Shown here piece by piece: positions 47,364 through 56,365 of a DNA stretch of 64,000 nucleotides (within the stretch, counting starts at the first letter, position 1; each line of letters starts with the position of its first letter). The notes under the pieces were generated by a model. It was not told where the DNA came from. It was given only the letters and a program-made list of their open reading frames with translations, and did no database searches. The position numbers and the translations under genes were made by a program. Origin of the DNA: an uncultured archaeon (GTDB lineage Archaea; Thermoplasmatota; Poseidoniia; MGIII; CG-Epi1); NCBI GenBank assembly GCA_964389465.1, contig CAYMDK010000001.1:188316-252315 (forward strand), written 5' to 3'.

Positions 47364-48364
47364 AGCGCGTAGTCGTCACCGGCGCCAACGGCCACGTCGG
47401 CTACTCGGTCGCGAAATTGCTGGTCGCGCGCGGCTACGACGTGCGCGCGACGGTGCGCGACGCCAGCGACCCCGCGAAGACGGCGCATCTCGAGGCGCTG
47501 GGCGTCGAAATCGCCGAGGCAGATTTGATGCGCCCGGAGACGCTCGCGCCAGTGATGGAAGGGCGCGACGGGCTGTTCCAGGTCGCCGCGGTCTACCGCA
47601 GCTGGGCGCGCGACCCGCAGCGCGAAATCATCGAGCCATCGATAACCGGCGGCATCAACGCGCTGCGCGCAGCCCACGCGGCGGGCGTCGGGCGGGTGGT
47701 CTTCACATCGTCGACCGCCGCCGTCGGCCGTTCGGGGCCGGACGGGACGCCGCTGAGCGAAGCTGACTGGAACGACGCGTCGCGCCACCCCTACTCCTAC
47801 GCGAAAACGGAAGCGGAGCACCGCGCCTGGGCTTTTGCCGAGGAGAACGAGCTCGACCTGCTGGTCATCAACCCGACCGCAGTCATCGGCCCCGACTTCC
47901 ACCGCCACACGCCTTCAACCGCGCCGTATCGCATGCTCTTGCGCGGCGAGTTGCGCCGCATCCCGCCCATCACCTACGGGCTGGTCGACGCGCGCGACGT
48001 CGCGCTGGGGCACGTGCTCGCCTACGAGACGCCGCAGGCGAATGGCCGGCACATTCTCTGCACCGAGTGCCTGCCGGCGGCCGAGCTGGTCGCGCTGGTG
48101 CGCGACATCGACCCCACGATTGCGGTACCGACCCGCCACGCGGCGCTCTGGCAGGTGCGCGCGCTGGCGCGGCTCGAGCAGTTCCGCAGCTGGTTCGGTC
48201 GCGAGCCGAGGGTGACACCGGAGACGGTGCGTGAATATCTCGGCAAGCCGACGAACTACGATACGACCAAGGCGCGAAGCGAGCTGGGCTGGCGGCCACG
48301 CCCCATTCGGCAAACCGTCCGCGACACGCTGGAATGGATTCGCGACCGCCCCGAACTTCTCTGA
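47360..48364 (+). CDS. NAD(P)-dependent epimerase/dehydratase (dihydroflavonol-reductase-like extended SDR)
   Basis: GTG start overlapping the orn stop. Motifs VVVTGANGHVG and YSYAKTEAE (YxxxK). Confidence 0.8.
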   Translation: MKRVVVTGANGHVGYSVAKLLVARGYDVRATVRDASDPAKTAHLEALGVEIAEADLMRPETLAPVMEGRDGLFQVAAVYRSWARDPQREIIEPSITGGINALRAAHAAGVGRVVFTSSTAAVGRSGPDGTPLSEADWNDASRHPYSYAKTEAEHRAWAFAEENELDLLVINPTAVIGPDFHRHTPSTAPYRMLLRGELRRIPPITYGLVDARDVALGHVLAYETPQANGRHILCTECLPAAELVALVRDIDPTIAVPTRHAALWQVRALARLEQFRSWFGREPRVTPETVREYLGKPTNYDTTKARSELGWRPRPIRQTVRDTLEWIRDRPELL

Positions 48365-48374
48365 CGACCGATAT

Positions 48375-49346
48375 TTAAGGCAACCGCGGAGCCATGACCC
48401 GCTTCCAGACCGGCGGTAGCAGTGCCAGCCAGAAGCAACCGAAGTAGCCGGTCGGTAGCTGCGGTGCGTCAGGCAGCGACCGCAGCTGGTGGTAGGGCCG
48501 ACTGGCGGTGAGGTGATGTTCGGGGTGCCGTGTCAGCTCGACCAGTACCCAGCGGCTGAGCCGCGCGTCCGACTGCCACGAGTGGTGCGCCACGACGCGC
48601 TCGCCCGGCTGCCGCCGCAGCCCCCAGTGGCGGACGTAGTTGACGTATTCGAGCAGCGTGATGGCGAAGAGTGACTGCGCCGCGAAGAGCGCGGCGGCAA
48701 CCGGCCCGAGCAGCGTCCCGACGGCTGCGACCGTTGCGATGGTCGCCAGCAGCCCCGCCGCGGCAGCGTGTCGCCAGCCGGAACCGCTGCGCTGCGCGGC
48801 AATCCGCCAGGCGCTCGCGAACTGCCCCGGGACTGTGCGCAGCACGAACCACCAGAGCCCCATCGCGGCGGGTGCTGAAGCCGGGTCATCATCGGTGCCG
48901 ACGGTGCGGTGGTGGCCGCGGACGTGCTCGGTCTCGAAGTGCAGGTAACTGACGCTCCAGAGCAGCGCCCGCGCGAGCGCGCGCTCCCAGCGGCGCGGCC
49001 GGTGGACCAGTTCGTGCGCGACGACGATGCCCGAAACGCCCGAACTGACGCCGGTCGAGCCGGTCGCGAGCGCCAGCCCGAGCGTCAGCGTCCCCGCGCC
49101 GTTCGCTAGCCAGAGCAGGCTGCCGACCGCCGCGAACTGGAGCACCACGTGCGCGTAGAGTATCGCGTCGAAGAAATGCGGCGCCGCCGCCACAGGCGGC
49201 GGCGCCCGGTCTTCGCCCAGCAGCAGGTCCAGCAGGGGATAGATGAACAGCGCCAGCACGATTCCGGCGCCCGGCCACGCGTAGCCGAGGTTGCCGGCGA
49301 TAACCACGGCCGGCAGCAGCAGGCTCAGCAAGTAGGCGGGCCGCAT
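48375..49346 (-). CDS. AlkB-like membrane di-iron hydroxylase / fatty-acid desaturase family
   Basis: 323 aa. Its His boxes HELVHR, EHVRGHH, NYVRHWGL and LTRHPEHH parallel the AlkB boxes HELGHK, EHNRGHH, NYIEHYGL and LQRHSDHH. Confidence 0.75.
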   Translation of the reverse strand: MRPAYLLSLLLPAVVIAGNLGYAWPGAGIVLALFIYPLLDLLLGEDRAPPPVAAAPHFFDAILYAHVVLQFAAVGSLLWLANGAGTLTLGLALATGSTGVSSGVSGIVVAHELVHRPRRWERALARALLWSVSYLHFETEHVRGHHRTVGTDDDPASAPAAMGLWWFVLRTVPGQFASAWRIAAQRSGSGWRHAAAAGLLATIATVAAVGTLLGPVAAALFAAQSLFAITLLEYVNYVRHWGLRRQPGERVVAHHSWQSDARLSRWVLVELTRHPEHHLTASRPYHQLRSLPDAPQLPTGYFGCFWLALLPPVWKRVMAPRLP

Positions 49347-50002
49347 CAGCGGTCCAGGATAATGCGCTGCGCGAGCTGCTCGTCAACCGACAGCTCGCCT
49401 TGCGGGGTCGCCAGCGACCAGCCGCCGTCGGTGGTCGCGACGACCCGGACCGTCGCGCCGGGCTTGAGTCCGGCGCTCGCCAGCGAGAGCGTCATGTCGG
49501 CCGAGTCGAGGATGGCGCGCACGCGCGCTTCGTCGCCCGCGGCGAGCCGCGAAAGCGGCGTCACCGACGGGTGCGCGCAGCCTTCGCAGTCGCGGTCCAG
49601 CGCCTGGCAGGCCGCCGCTTCGGGGTCGTCGGGCGAGATGCCGAGCAGGTTGCAGAGCCGTGTCTCGATGTCGCGCGTCAGGATGTGCTCCATGCGGCAC
49701 GCCACCGTGTCGGCTTCGCCCTGCTCGACTCCCAGCACTTCGACCAGGAAGCGCTGCAGCAGGTCGAAGCGATGCTCCATCTCCGCGGCCACATGCAAGC
49801 CTTCGGTGGTCAGCAGCACACCGTGGTAGGGCTGGTAGTCGAGGAAGCCTTCGCTGCCGAGCCGCTGCACCATCTCGGTCACGGTCGCGGGCGTCAGCCC
49901 GGTCTGCTGCGCCAGGTCGGTGGTGCGCACGCGGTCGCCCGCGGTGGACAGCGAGTGGATGTGCTTGAGCATCATCTCGGCGCTCTCGGATACCATCGCC
50001 AT
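49346..50002 (-). CDS. DtxR-family metal-dependent regulator with a FeoA-like domain (second copy)
   Basis: 218 aa from MAMVSESAEMMLKHIH. It has an HTH, a metal-site region (EMEHRFDLLQRFL...CRMEHIL) and a C-terminal FeoA-like domain. Its stop overlaps the alkB-like start by 1 nt. Confidence 0.75.
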   Translation of the reverse strand: MAMVSESAEMMLKHIHSLSTAGDRVRTTDLAQQTGLTPATVTEMVQRLGSEGFLDYQPYHGVLLTTEGLHVAAEMEHRFDLLQRFLVEVLGVEQGEADTVACRMEHILTRDIETRLCNLLGISPDDPEAAACQALDRDCEGCAHPSVTPLSRLAAGDEARVRAILDSADMTLSLASAGLKPGATVRVVATTDGGWSLATPQGELSVDEQLAQRIILDR

Positions 50003-50019
50003 CCCCTTGCGTGCTGCGT

Positions 50020-50038
50020 ATAAGCGGATTGCGCTTAT
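50020..50038. promoter_or_regulatory. inverted repeat in the divergent promoter region
   Basis: ATAAGCG-gattg-CGCTTAT (7-bp arms), lying between the second dtxR-like gene (minus strand) and the M28 peptidase gene (plus strand). It is AT-rich and TATA-like. Confidence 0.35.
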
Positions 50039-50060
50039 TAGCGCGCCACGCTGGCGCCCC

Positions 50061-51530
50061 GTGCAATTTCCCTCCAGCTTCGAGACGACGCGCGGCCGCA
50101 TTATCGCGGTGGCGCTGGTGCTGCTGCTGCTCGCCAGCGGCGCGGCCGCCTGGGTCTGGTGGCCGTTCGGGGAGCCGGAGGTGGAGTTCATCGCCTTCGA
50201 CTACCAGCGCGCCTACGAAGACATCGAGGCGCTGGTCTCCAACGGTCCGCGCTTCGCCGGTAGCGAGGGGGAACGGCTGGGCGCCGAATATGTCGCCAGC
50301 CAGTTTACCGCGGCGGGGCTGGCGCGCGTCACGGTCCACCCCGTGCCATGGACGCTCTACGAGCCGGTCGGGACGCAGGAGCTGACCATCGCCCGCGAAG
50401 AGCGCGACCCGTTTCTGGGAGCAACAGTCGACCGTGACGAGCAACAGCTGTCGCATCTCGAGGACTTCACCGTGCTCGCTTTCTCGGGCTCGCTTGACGA
50501 CTCCGACATCGAGGCGGTCTTCGTCGGCAACGGCGACGACGCCAACTATTCCGCTGCCGGGCCGGTCTCCGGCCGGGCGGTGCTGGTTGCCAACGACGGT
50601 ACGCTCAGCTACAGCGAGCTCTACCTGCGGGCACTCGACAACGGCGCGGCGGCCTCGCTTATTTACGACGTAGGGCGCGACTGGCCGATTGGCAAGGCGT
50701 CCTACGGGACTGACGCGCGCGGCCACTCCGTCCCCTTCCCGGAGGCGTATCCTGAATACGCCGACAGCCTGATTCCGCACCTGATGCTCTCGCAAACCGC
50801 GGGCCAGCAATTGCAGGACTGGATTGACGCTGCCGAAGGGAACGACGACGAGTTGGCACTCGTCGACCTGAATATAAATGTCGTAATCGAGTTGCGCGAA
50901 ACCCACGTCGTCACCGGTGACATCGTTGGCAAGTCGTCGCAAATCGTGATGCTCGGCGCGCACATGGACACCCATTACGTCGGCGACGGCGCGGTTGACA
51001 ACACCGTCGGCACCGCCGAAGTCATCGAGATGGCGCGGCAGTTCGCGCAGGCGGGCGAGCTGGAATACACGGTGCGCTTCGCGACATGGGGTGCCGAGGA
51101 GCTGGGGCTGCTCGGCTCGTACGGCTACTTCCTGCAGAACGAGGCCCGCCTGCAAAGCGATTTGCGGCTCTACCTGAATTTTGACATGACCCACGCCGAC
51201 CTCGGGGAGAGCGGCGACCGTATTCCGTTCGAGGTCAACGACCCCAACCTGAAAGCGGAAATCGAGGCAGTCATGGAACTGTGGCGCGAGCGGTTCCCCG
51301 CGCTGGCAGCCGACTACCAGACGCCGGTCAGCTACGCGTCCACGGCGGGGCCGTCCGACCATCGCACCTTTGCGATGGAAGGCTTCACGACCGCCACTGG
51401 CTACGGTTCGGGCTCGGCCGAATACCACACGCCGTATGATACCATCGAGCAAATCAATGCCGAGTCGCTACAGATTGCGCCGCAGATTCTCGGCAGCTAC
51501 GGCCTGCACGTCGCGCGCTACGGCCTCTAG
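50061..51530 (+). CDS. M28-family metallopeptidase with a PA-domain-like insert and an N-terminal anchor
   Basis: GTG start at 50061; the upstream part of the ORF overlaps dtxR on the opposite strand. Motifs GAHMDTHY, VDNTVGTA, WGAEELGLLGS and PSDHRTF. Confidence 0.75.
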   Translation: MQFPSSFETTRGRIIAVALVLLLLASGAAAWVWWPFGEPEVEFIAFDYQRAYEDIEALVSNGPRFAGSEGERLGAEYVASQFTAAGLARVTVHPVPWTLYEPVGTQELTIAREERDPFLGATVDRDEQQLSHLEDFTVLAFSGSLDDSDIEAVFVGNGDDANYSAAGPVSGRAVLVANDGTLSYSELYLRALDNGAAASLIYDVGRDWPIGKASYGTDARGHSVPFPEAYPEYADSLIPHLMLSQTAGQQLQDWIDAAEGNDDELALVDLNINVVIELRETHVVTGDIVGKSSQIVMLGAHMDTHYVGDGAVDNTVGTAEVIEMARQFAQAGELEYTVRFATWGAEELGLLGSYGYFLQNEARLQSDLRLYLNFDMTHADLGESGDRIPFEVNDPNLKAEIEAVMELWRERFPALAADYQTPVSYASTAGPSDHRTFAMEGFTTATGYGSGSAEYHTPYDTIEQINAESLQIAPQILGSYGLHVARYGL

Positions 51531-52189
51531 GCGGGCAGTCGCGTCACAATCAGTCGCGACTTGATGCGGTTGACGATATCGTCGCTCACGACCTCCAGCC
51601 CGCACGCCTGCAGGAGCTCCGGAAGGTCGAAGTGCTGCCCCAGCCCCAGTTTCCGCCGCACCGGGTTCCACGCGCGCCAGAGCTTCCCCGGGTCGTCCTT
51701 GTAGTGGTTGACCACTACCAGCTTGCCGCCGGGACGGGTGACGCGCATCATCTCGCGCAGCACCACTTCCGGCTCCGCTACTACGGCAATCGCGTGCGCC
51801 ACCACTGCATGGTCGAACGTGTCGTCGTCGAACTCCAGCTTGTGCGCGTCCATCTGGTGCAGCCTGACTTCGGCGGCTACCTCGTCCTTGTCAATTCTCT
51901 TGCGTGCCTTCTTCAGCATCGCCGCGCTGAAGTCGAGCGCGTCAACCCTGACGCCGGCCACGTAGTGGCGCAGCGAAATGCCGGTGCCGACCCCCACTTC
52001 CAGCACCCGCTCGCCCGGCTGCGCATCGAGCGCCTCGACCATCCGAGTATGCCCTTCGGCGAAACTGGGCGCGAAAACGCGGTCGTAGACCGGCGCATAA
52101 ATCTTGTAGGCGATGTTGGTATCCTTGCGCGCTGCCACGTCGGGGGGATGCTCTAGCAACTTAAGCCCTTGCCGCGAGTCCGGCCGCAA
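51527..52189 (-). CDS. class I SAM-dependent methyltransferase
   Basis: 220 aa with motif I VLEVGVGTGI. The start may lie slightly downstream, since it overlaps the upstream gene by 29 nt. Confidence 0.75.
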   Translation of the reverse strand: MRPDSRQGLKLLEHPPDVAARKDTNIAYKIYAPVYDRVFAPSFAEGHTRMVEALDAQPGERVLEVGVGTGISLRHYVAGVRVDALDFSAAMLKKARKRIDKDEVAAEVRLHQMDAHKLEFDDDTFDHAVVAHAIAVVAEPEVVLREMMRVTRPGGKLVVVNHYKDDPGKLWRAWNPVRRKLGLGQHFDLPELLQACGLEVVSDDIVNRIKSRLIVTRLPA

Positions 52190-52724
52190 TCGCGGTCCCC
52201 GCCAGCGCCAGCAGTTGCAGCGGCTCGACCGCCAGCCACGCTATCGCCGCGAACAGCGCCGCGCAAGCGGCACCTAGGATGCGCAGCAGCCAGCGCATGT
52301 TTGCGACACGGTCGGTGTGCTGCGTCGGGATGTGCAGCCCGACGAACCAGGCGCCGATGACCCCCGCCAGCAGCACCGTCGCCTGCCCGTAGCCCGGGTC
52401 GCCCAGCCGCGTCAGCGCGTAGACCGCGTAAGTCACGGCGACCCACATCATCGCAATCGTGTAGACCTTCGAGCGGAACGGCATTCCCAGCCCGGCACGG
52501 TAGTCGCGGACGTAGCGGCCGAAGACCGGGTGGTGCAGTAGCCAGTTGTAGAACTTCTCCGAGCCACGTGCATAGAACGCCGCCGCCAGCACGTAGAACG
52601 AGACGGTCGGCAGCCCCGGCACATATGCGCCGATGGTCCCGATGGCGACGCAGGCGTGGCCCAGCAGCATCCAGACACCGCGCGCCAGTGGATTGTGCGC
52701 CAGCCTGAGTCCCTCTCGTGGCAT
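52161..52724 (-). CDS. DUF454 (YbaN) family membrane protein
   Basis: 187 aa with a PGLPTVSFYVLAAAFYARGSEKFYNWLLHHPVFG pattern. Confidence 0.7.
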   Translation of the reverse strand: MPREGLRLAHNPLARGVWMLLGHACVAIGTIGAYVPGLPTVSFYVLAAAFYARGSEKFYNWLLHHPVFGRYVRDYRAGLGMPFRSKVYTIAMMWVAVTYAVYALTRLGDPGYGQATVLLAGVIGAWFVGLHIPTQHTDRVANMRWLLRILGAACAALFAAIAWLAVEPLQLLALAGTAIAAGLAARA

Positions 52725-52838
52725 GCAGGCGTCGCCCCTGTAGTGAGTCTATAAACCGTTGCGCGCGCAGCCGGTGGTGTCGGAAAGCACCGCGCCGCGC
52801 CGAGTCAACCCTAAAAGACCCCCCTCCCTGCGCCCGCC

Positions 52839-53744
52839 GTGGACCACGTCGTCACCATACAGGACCTCGCCGATGACGAAATCGCGTCCATCCTCGACCG
52901 CGCGCGAGAGCTGCTGCCGGTAGCGCGCGGCGAAGAGCGCAGCGACGCGCTGGCGGGCAGAATCCTCGCCACCTGTTTCTTCGAACCCTCGACCCGCACG
53001 CGGCTCTCCTTCGAGACCGCCATGCACCGGCTGAGCGGCAACGTCATCGGCTTCGCCGACCCCGGGTCGACTTCGCACCTGAAGGGCGAGACACTCTCGG
53101 ACGCGGTGCGGATGGTCGCCGGCTACGCCGATGCCATCGTCCTGCGCCACCCACAGGAAGGCTCGGCGCGGCTGGCGGCCGAGGTCTCGGAGGTCCCGGT
53201 CATCAACGGCGGCGACGGCGCCGGCCAGCACCCGACGCAGACGCTGCTCGACCTCTTCACGATTCGCGAGGAACTGGGCAAGCTGGAGGGACTGACGGTC
53301 GGCCTGCTGGGGGACTTGCGCTACGGCCGCACGGTCCACTCGCTCGCGGCGGCGCTGGCGCGCTACGATGCCGAGATGCACTTCATCGCGCCCCGGAGCC
53401 TGGCGATGCCCCGCCGCGTGACCACGGGGCTGCCCGACGGCTGGAGCGCACATACGGCGCTTGACGAGGTGCTGCCGGAGCTGGACCTGCTCTACGCCAC
53501 CCGCATCCAGAAAGAGCGCTTCCCCGACCCGGAGGACTACGCGCGCGTCGCCGGCGCCTACACTATCTCGGCCGAGACGCTGCGCGACGCGAAACCGGGG
53601 TTGCGGGTGCTGCATCCGCTGCCGCGCGTCGGCGAGATTGCGACTGACGTCGACGAGACAGATCACGCCGCTTACTTCCGGCAGGCGTTCAACGGCGTCC
53701 CGGTGCGGATGGCGCTGCTGGAGATGCTGCTCGGGGGCGACTGA
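52839..53744 (+). CDS. pyrB: aspartate carbamoyltransferase catalytic subunit
   Basis: 301 aa with FFEPSTRTR, HPTQ and HPLPR motifs. Confidence 0.9.
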   Translation: MDHVVTIQDLADDEIASILDRARELLPVARGEERSDALAGRILATCFFEPSTRTRLSFETAMHRLSGNVIGFADPGSTSHLKGETLSDAVRMVAGYADAIVLRHPQEGSARLAAEVSEVPVINGGDGAGQHPTQTLLDLFTIREELGKLEGLTVGLLGDLRYGRTVHSLAAALARYDAEMHFIAPRSLAMPRRVTTGLPDGWSAHTALDEVLPELDLLYATRIQKERFPDPEDYARVAGAYTISAETLRDAKPGLRVLHPLPRVGEIATDVDETDHAAYFRQAFNGVPVRMALLEMLLGGD

Positions 53745-54202
53745 TGGCGGACAACCTGCTCAAGGTGCAGCCGATTCGCAACGGCACCGTGATTGACCAC
53801 CTGCACGCCGGCGCCGGGCTCAAGATTCTCGACATCCTCGACGTCGCGGGCACCGGCAACACAGTCAGCCTGCTGATTAATGTCCCCAGCTCCAAGCAGG
53901 GGCGCAAGGACATAATCAAGATTGAGGATCGTGAACTGACCGAGAGCGAGACCGAGCGCATCGCGCTGCTCTCGCCCGGTGCCCACGTCAATATAATTCG
54001 CAACTACTCGGTCGCCGAGAAGACGGCGGTCGAAATCCCCGAAGAGGTTTCCGGAATCGCGCGTTGCCCCAACACCAACTGCATCTCCAACAACGAGCGT
54101 GGCGCAACCAGCCGACTGCTGCTGCGCAGCCGCGAGCCGCTCCAGCTGGCGTGCGCATACTGCGCGCGACTGGTCGCTGGGGAAGAGTTGCAGTTCCTCT
54201 AG
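53744..54202 (+). CDS. pyrI: aspartate carbamoyltransferase regulatory subunit
   Basis: 152 aa with IRNGTVIDHL and a C-terminal zinc domain (CPNTNC...CAYC). 1-nt overlap with pyrB. Confidence 0.9.
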   Translation: MADNLLKVQPIRNGTVIDHLHAGAGLKILDILDVAGTGNTVSLLINVPSSKQGRKDIIKIEDRELTESETERIALLSPGAHVNIIRNYSVAEKTAVEIPEEVSGIARCPNTNCISNNERGATSRLLLRSREPLQLACAYCARLVAGEELQFL

Positions 54203-55107
54203 GCGACGACCCGCGTCCCCGCTTCGCCCGCGAGCGCAGCCATCACTCCCCCAGTCGAAGTGATGATGACGGTTTCACCGCCGCGCTCGACAAAGTCGAG
54301 CGCGGCGAGCACCTTGGGCCCCATCGAGCCGGCCGGGAACTCGCCCGCGTCGTAGTGGCTGCGCAGCTCGGCGACGCTAACCTCACCCAGCGGCCGCCGG
54401 TCAGGGCCGACCCAGACATGCTCGACGTCGGTAGCGATAATCAGGTGCGTCGCGTTCAGCTGCTGTGCCAGTAGCCCCGCCACCGAGTCCTTGTCAATCA
54501 CACCTTCGACGCCGCGCCAGCGGTTGCCGTCGTGGACCACCGGCGTCCCGCCGCCACCGGCGGTGATGCAGAGCATCCGGTTCTCGAACAGCGAGCGGAT
54601 GATATCCAGCTCGAGCACCCGCAGCGGCGCGGGAGATACAACCAGCCGCCGCACTCCTTTCTCGCCTTCGGCCAGCACCCAGCCTTGCGCTTCCAGCTCG
54701 GCGCGCCGCGCCGCAGGATACCATGGGCCGACCGGCTTGCGCGGCTCGCCCAGTTCGGGAGCGACCTCAACCTGTGCCAGCATGGTCATGACGTCGCGCT
54801 TTCCGCCCGCGCCGGCGATGATTTCGCGCACGGTGCGCTCGAGCAGGTACCCGAGGCCGCCCTGCGTGTCGGAGACGAGATGGTCGAGCGGCCGCTCCGG
54901 CGTTTCGGGGCGGCCCGCTTCGGCGCGCAGCAGCGCATGCCCCACCTGCGGGCCGTTGCCGTGCGTCAGCAGCAGTTTGTCGCGCCCCGCCAGTAATTCC
55001 GCTAGCGGCGCCAGAGAGGCTCGCGCACGCCGCAGTTCACCCTCGACGCTGCCGTCGTCGCCGGACTGCTGGAGGGCGTTACCACCCAGTGCCAGCACGG
55101 TGCGCAT
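54199..55107 (-). CDS. carbamate kinase
   Basis: 302 aa with MRTVLALGGNAL, THGNGPQVG and GGGGTPV motifs. Confidence 0.85.
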   Translation of the reverse strand: MRTVLALGGNALQQSGDDGSVEGELRRARASLAPLAELLAGRDKLLLTHGNGPQVGHALLRAEAGRPETPERPLDHLVSDTQGGLGYLLERTVREIIAGAGGKRDVMTMLAQVEVAPELGEPRKPVGPWYPAARRAELEAQGWVLAEGEKGVRRLVVSPAPLRVLELDIIRSLFENRMLCITAGGGGTPVVHDGNRWRGVEGVIDKDSVAGLLAQQLNATHLIIATDVEHVWVGPDRRPLGEVSVAELRSHYDAGEFPAGSMGPKVLAALDFVERGGETVIITSTGGVMAALAGEAGTRVVA

Positions 55108-55578
55108 TCAGAACCGGTCGTCGTAGTCGCCGGCGCGCAGCTTGGCCTGGAATGCCTTGGGGTCCTGCCCCTCGCAGGTAAGCCCCATCGACTTGGCAAC
55201 GCCCAGGATTTCGGAGGTCATCGCCTTCAGGTCGCCGCCCGTTAGCGCTGGCGCCTTCTGCTTCGCGACAGTCATCGCCTGCTCGAGGGTCATGTCGGCC
55301 GCGACAACGGTTCCCGCTTCGCCTGACCCCTTGGCGAGGCCGAGGACCTGTTTCACCAGCGACGCCGCAGGGGGCGTGCCGACCGAGATGCTGAATGACT
55401 TGTCGTCGGCAACCTTGACCTTGACTGGTACTTTCATGCCCGCCATTGCCTTTGTTTTAGCGTTAATCTCGTCGATGACGGCCTTGACGTTCACGCCGCT
55501 CGGGCCGAGTGCCGGCCCGAGCGGCGGTCCCGCGTTGGCCTTCCCCGCTTCGACCAGGGCTTCGACGGTCTCGCCCAT
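55108..55578 (-). CDS. rpl11: 50S ribosomal protein L11
   Basis: 156 aa with AGKANAGPPLGPALGP.GVN. Confidence 0.9.
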   Translation of the reverse strand: MGETVEALVEAGKANAGPPLGPALGPSGVNVKAVIDEINAKTKAMAGMKVPVKVKVADDKSFSISVGTPPAASLVKQVLGLAKGSGEAGTVVAADMTLEQAMTVAKQKAPALTGGDLKAMTSEILGVAKSMGLTCEGQDPKAFQAKLRAGDYDDRF

Positions 55579-56117
55579 CAGTTCGGCTCCTTCTCGAGCA
55601 CGCGTACGTGGTCGCCGCGGACGGTAATCGGGATGGGGACCATCGCCTCGAACAGCTCGACCGTCACCTCTTCCTTGCCTTCATCGATGCGCTGGACGCG
55701 CGCCTTCTCGCCCTTGAACGGGCCGGCAATAATCTCGACGATGTTCCCTTCGGCGATGCCAGTAACGGCGGGTGGCGGGGTCAGGTGCGGCTTCAACTCC
55801 TCGAGGGTGCTGGTGCCGAAGCTGTCAGGCTGCTTCGAGCGGCCGTAGCCGATGCCCTTGACCATCACCATCCCGCGGGCATGTGTCAGCCCCTTCAGGT
55901 TTTCGCGCAGCACTTCGGGGCTGTCAGTCTCGACGAAGACGAAGCCGCGCAGCTTGGAGGGCGCCAGGATGGACCAGACAGGCGCGCCGCTGCGGCGGAC
56001 GCGGTCAGCGAGCCGCTCGCTAGCGGTCTGCTCGCGACCGATGGCGGTCTTCATGATGTAAATGCTCGCCTCCGCGGAAGGCGTCTCGGGCTCGGTTTCG
56101 TTTTCAAAGGTTGCCAT
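55578..56117 (-). CDS. spt5: transcription elongation factor Spt5 (NusG)
   Basis: NGN domain followed by a KOW motif (GNIVEIIAGPFKGEKARV). It sits in the conserved secE-spt5-rpl11 order. Confidence 0.85.
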   Translation of the reverse strand: MATFENETEPETPSAEASIYIMKTAIGREQTASERLADRVRRSGAPVWSILAPSKLRGFVFVETDSPEVLRENLKGLTHARGMVMVKGIGYGRSKQPDSFGTSTLEELKPHLTPPPAVTGIAEGNIVEIIAGPFKGEKARVQRIDEGKEEVTVELFEAMVPIPITVRGDHVRVLEKEPN

Positions 56118-56125
56118 GGTTAATC

Positions 56126-56365
56126 CTAGATTCCCAGTATGTCACTGATTATGGGAGGGACTTTCAGCCAGATGTAGTAGACTATGAAACCGATAAGGCC
56201 GACAATACCGATACCGATGCCGACAATCCACGAACTCTTGATGAACTCGTCGTAGGTCGGCTTGCGCGCCAGCCTCAGCACGCGGCCAAACCGGCCGCGG
56301 CCGATGCGCCGGAAGCGGTCCTCTAGACCCTGTTGCGTATTCCAGATTCGCTCGATGTAGCTCAT
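56126..56365 (-). CDS. secE: protein translocase subunit SecE / Sec61-gamma
   Basis: 79 aa with a single C-terminal TM helix and a conserved position between ftsZ and spt5. Confidence 0.75.
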   Translation of the reverse strand: MSYIERIWNTQQGLEDRFRRIGRGRFGRVLRLARKPTYDEFIKSSWIVGIGIGIVGLIGFIVYYIWLKVPPIISDILGI

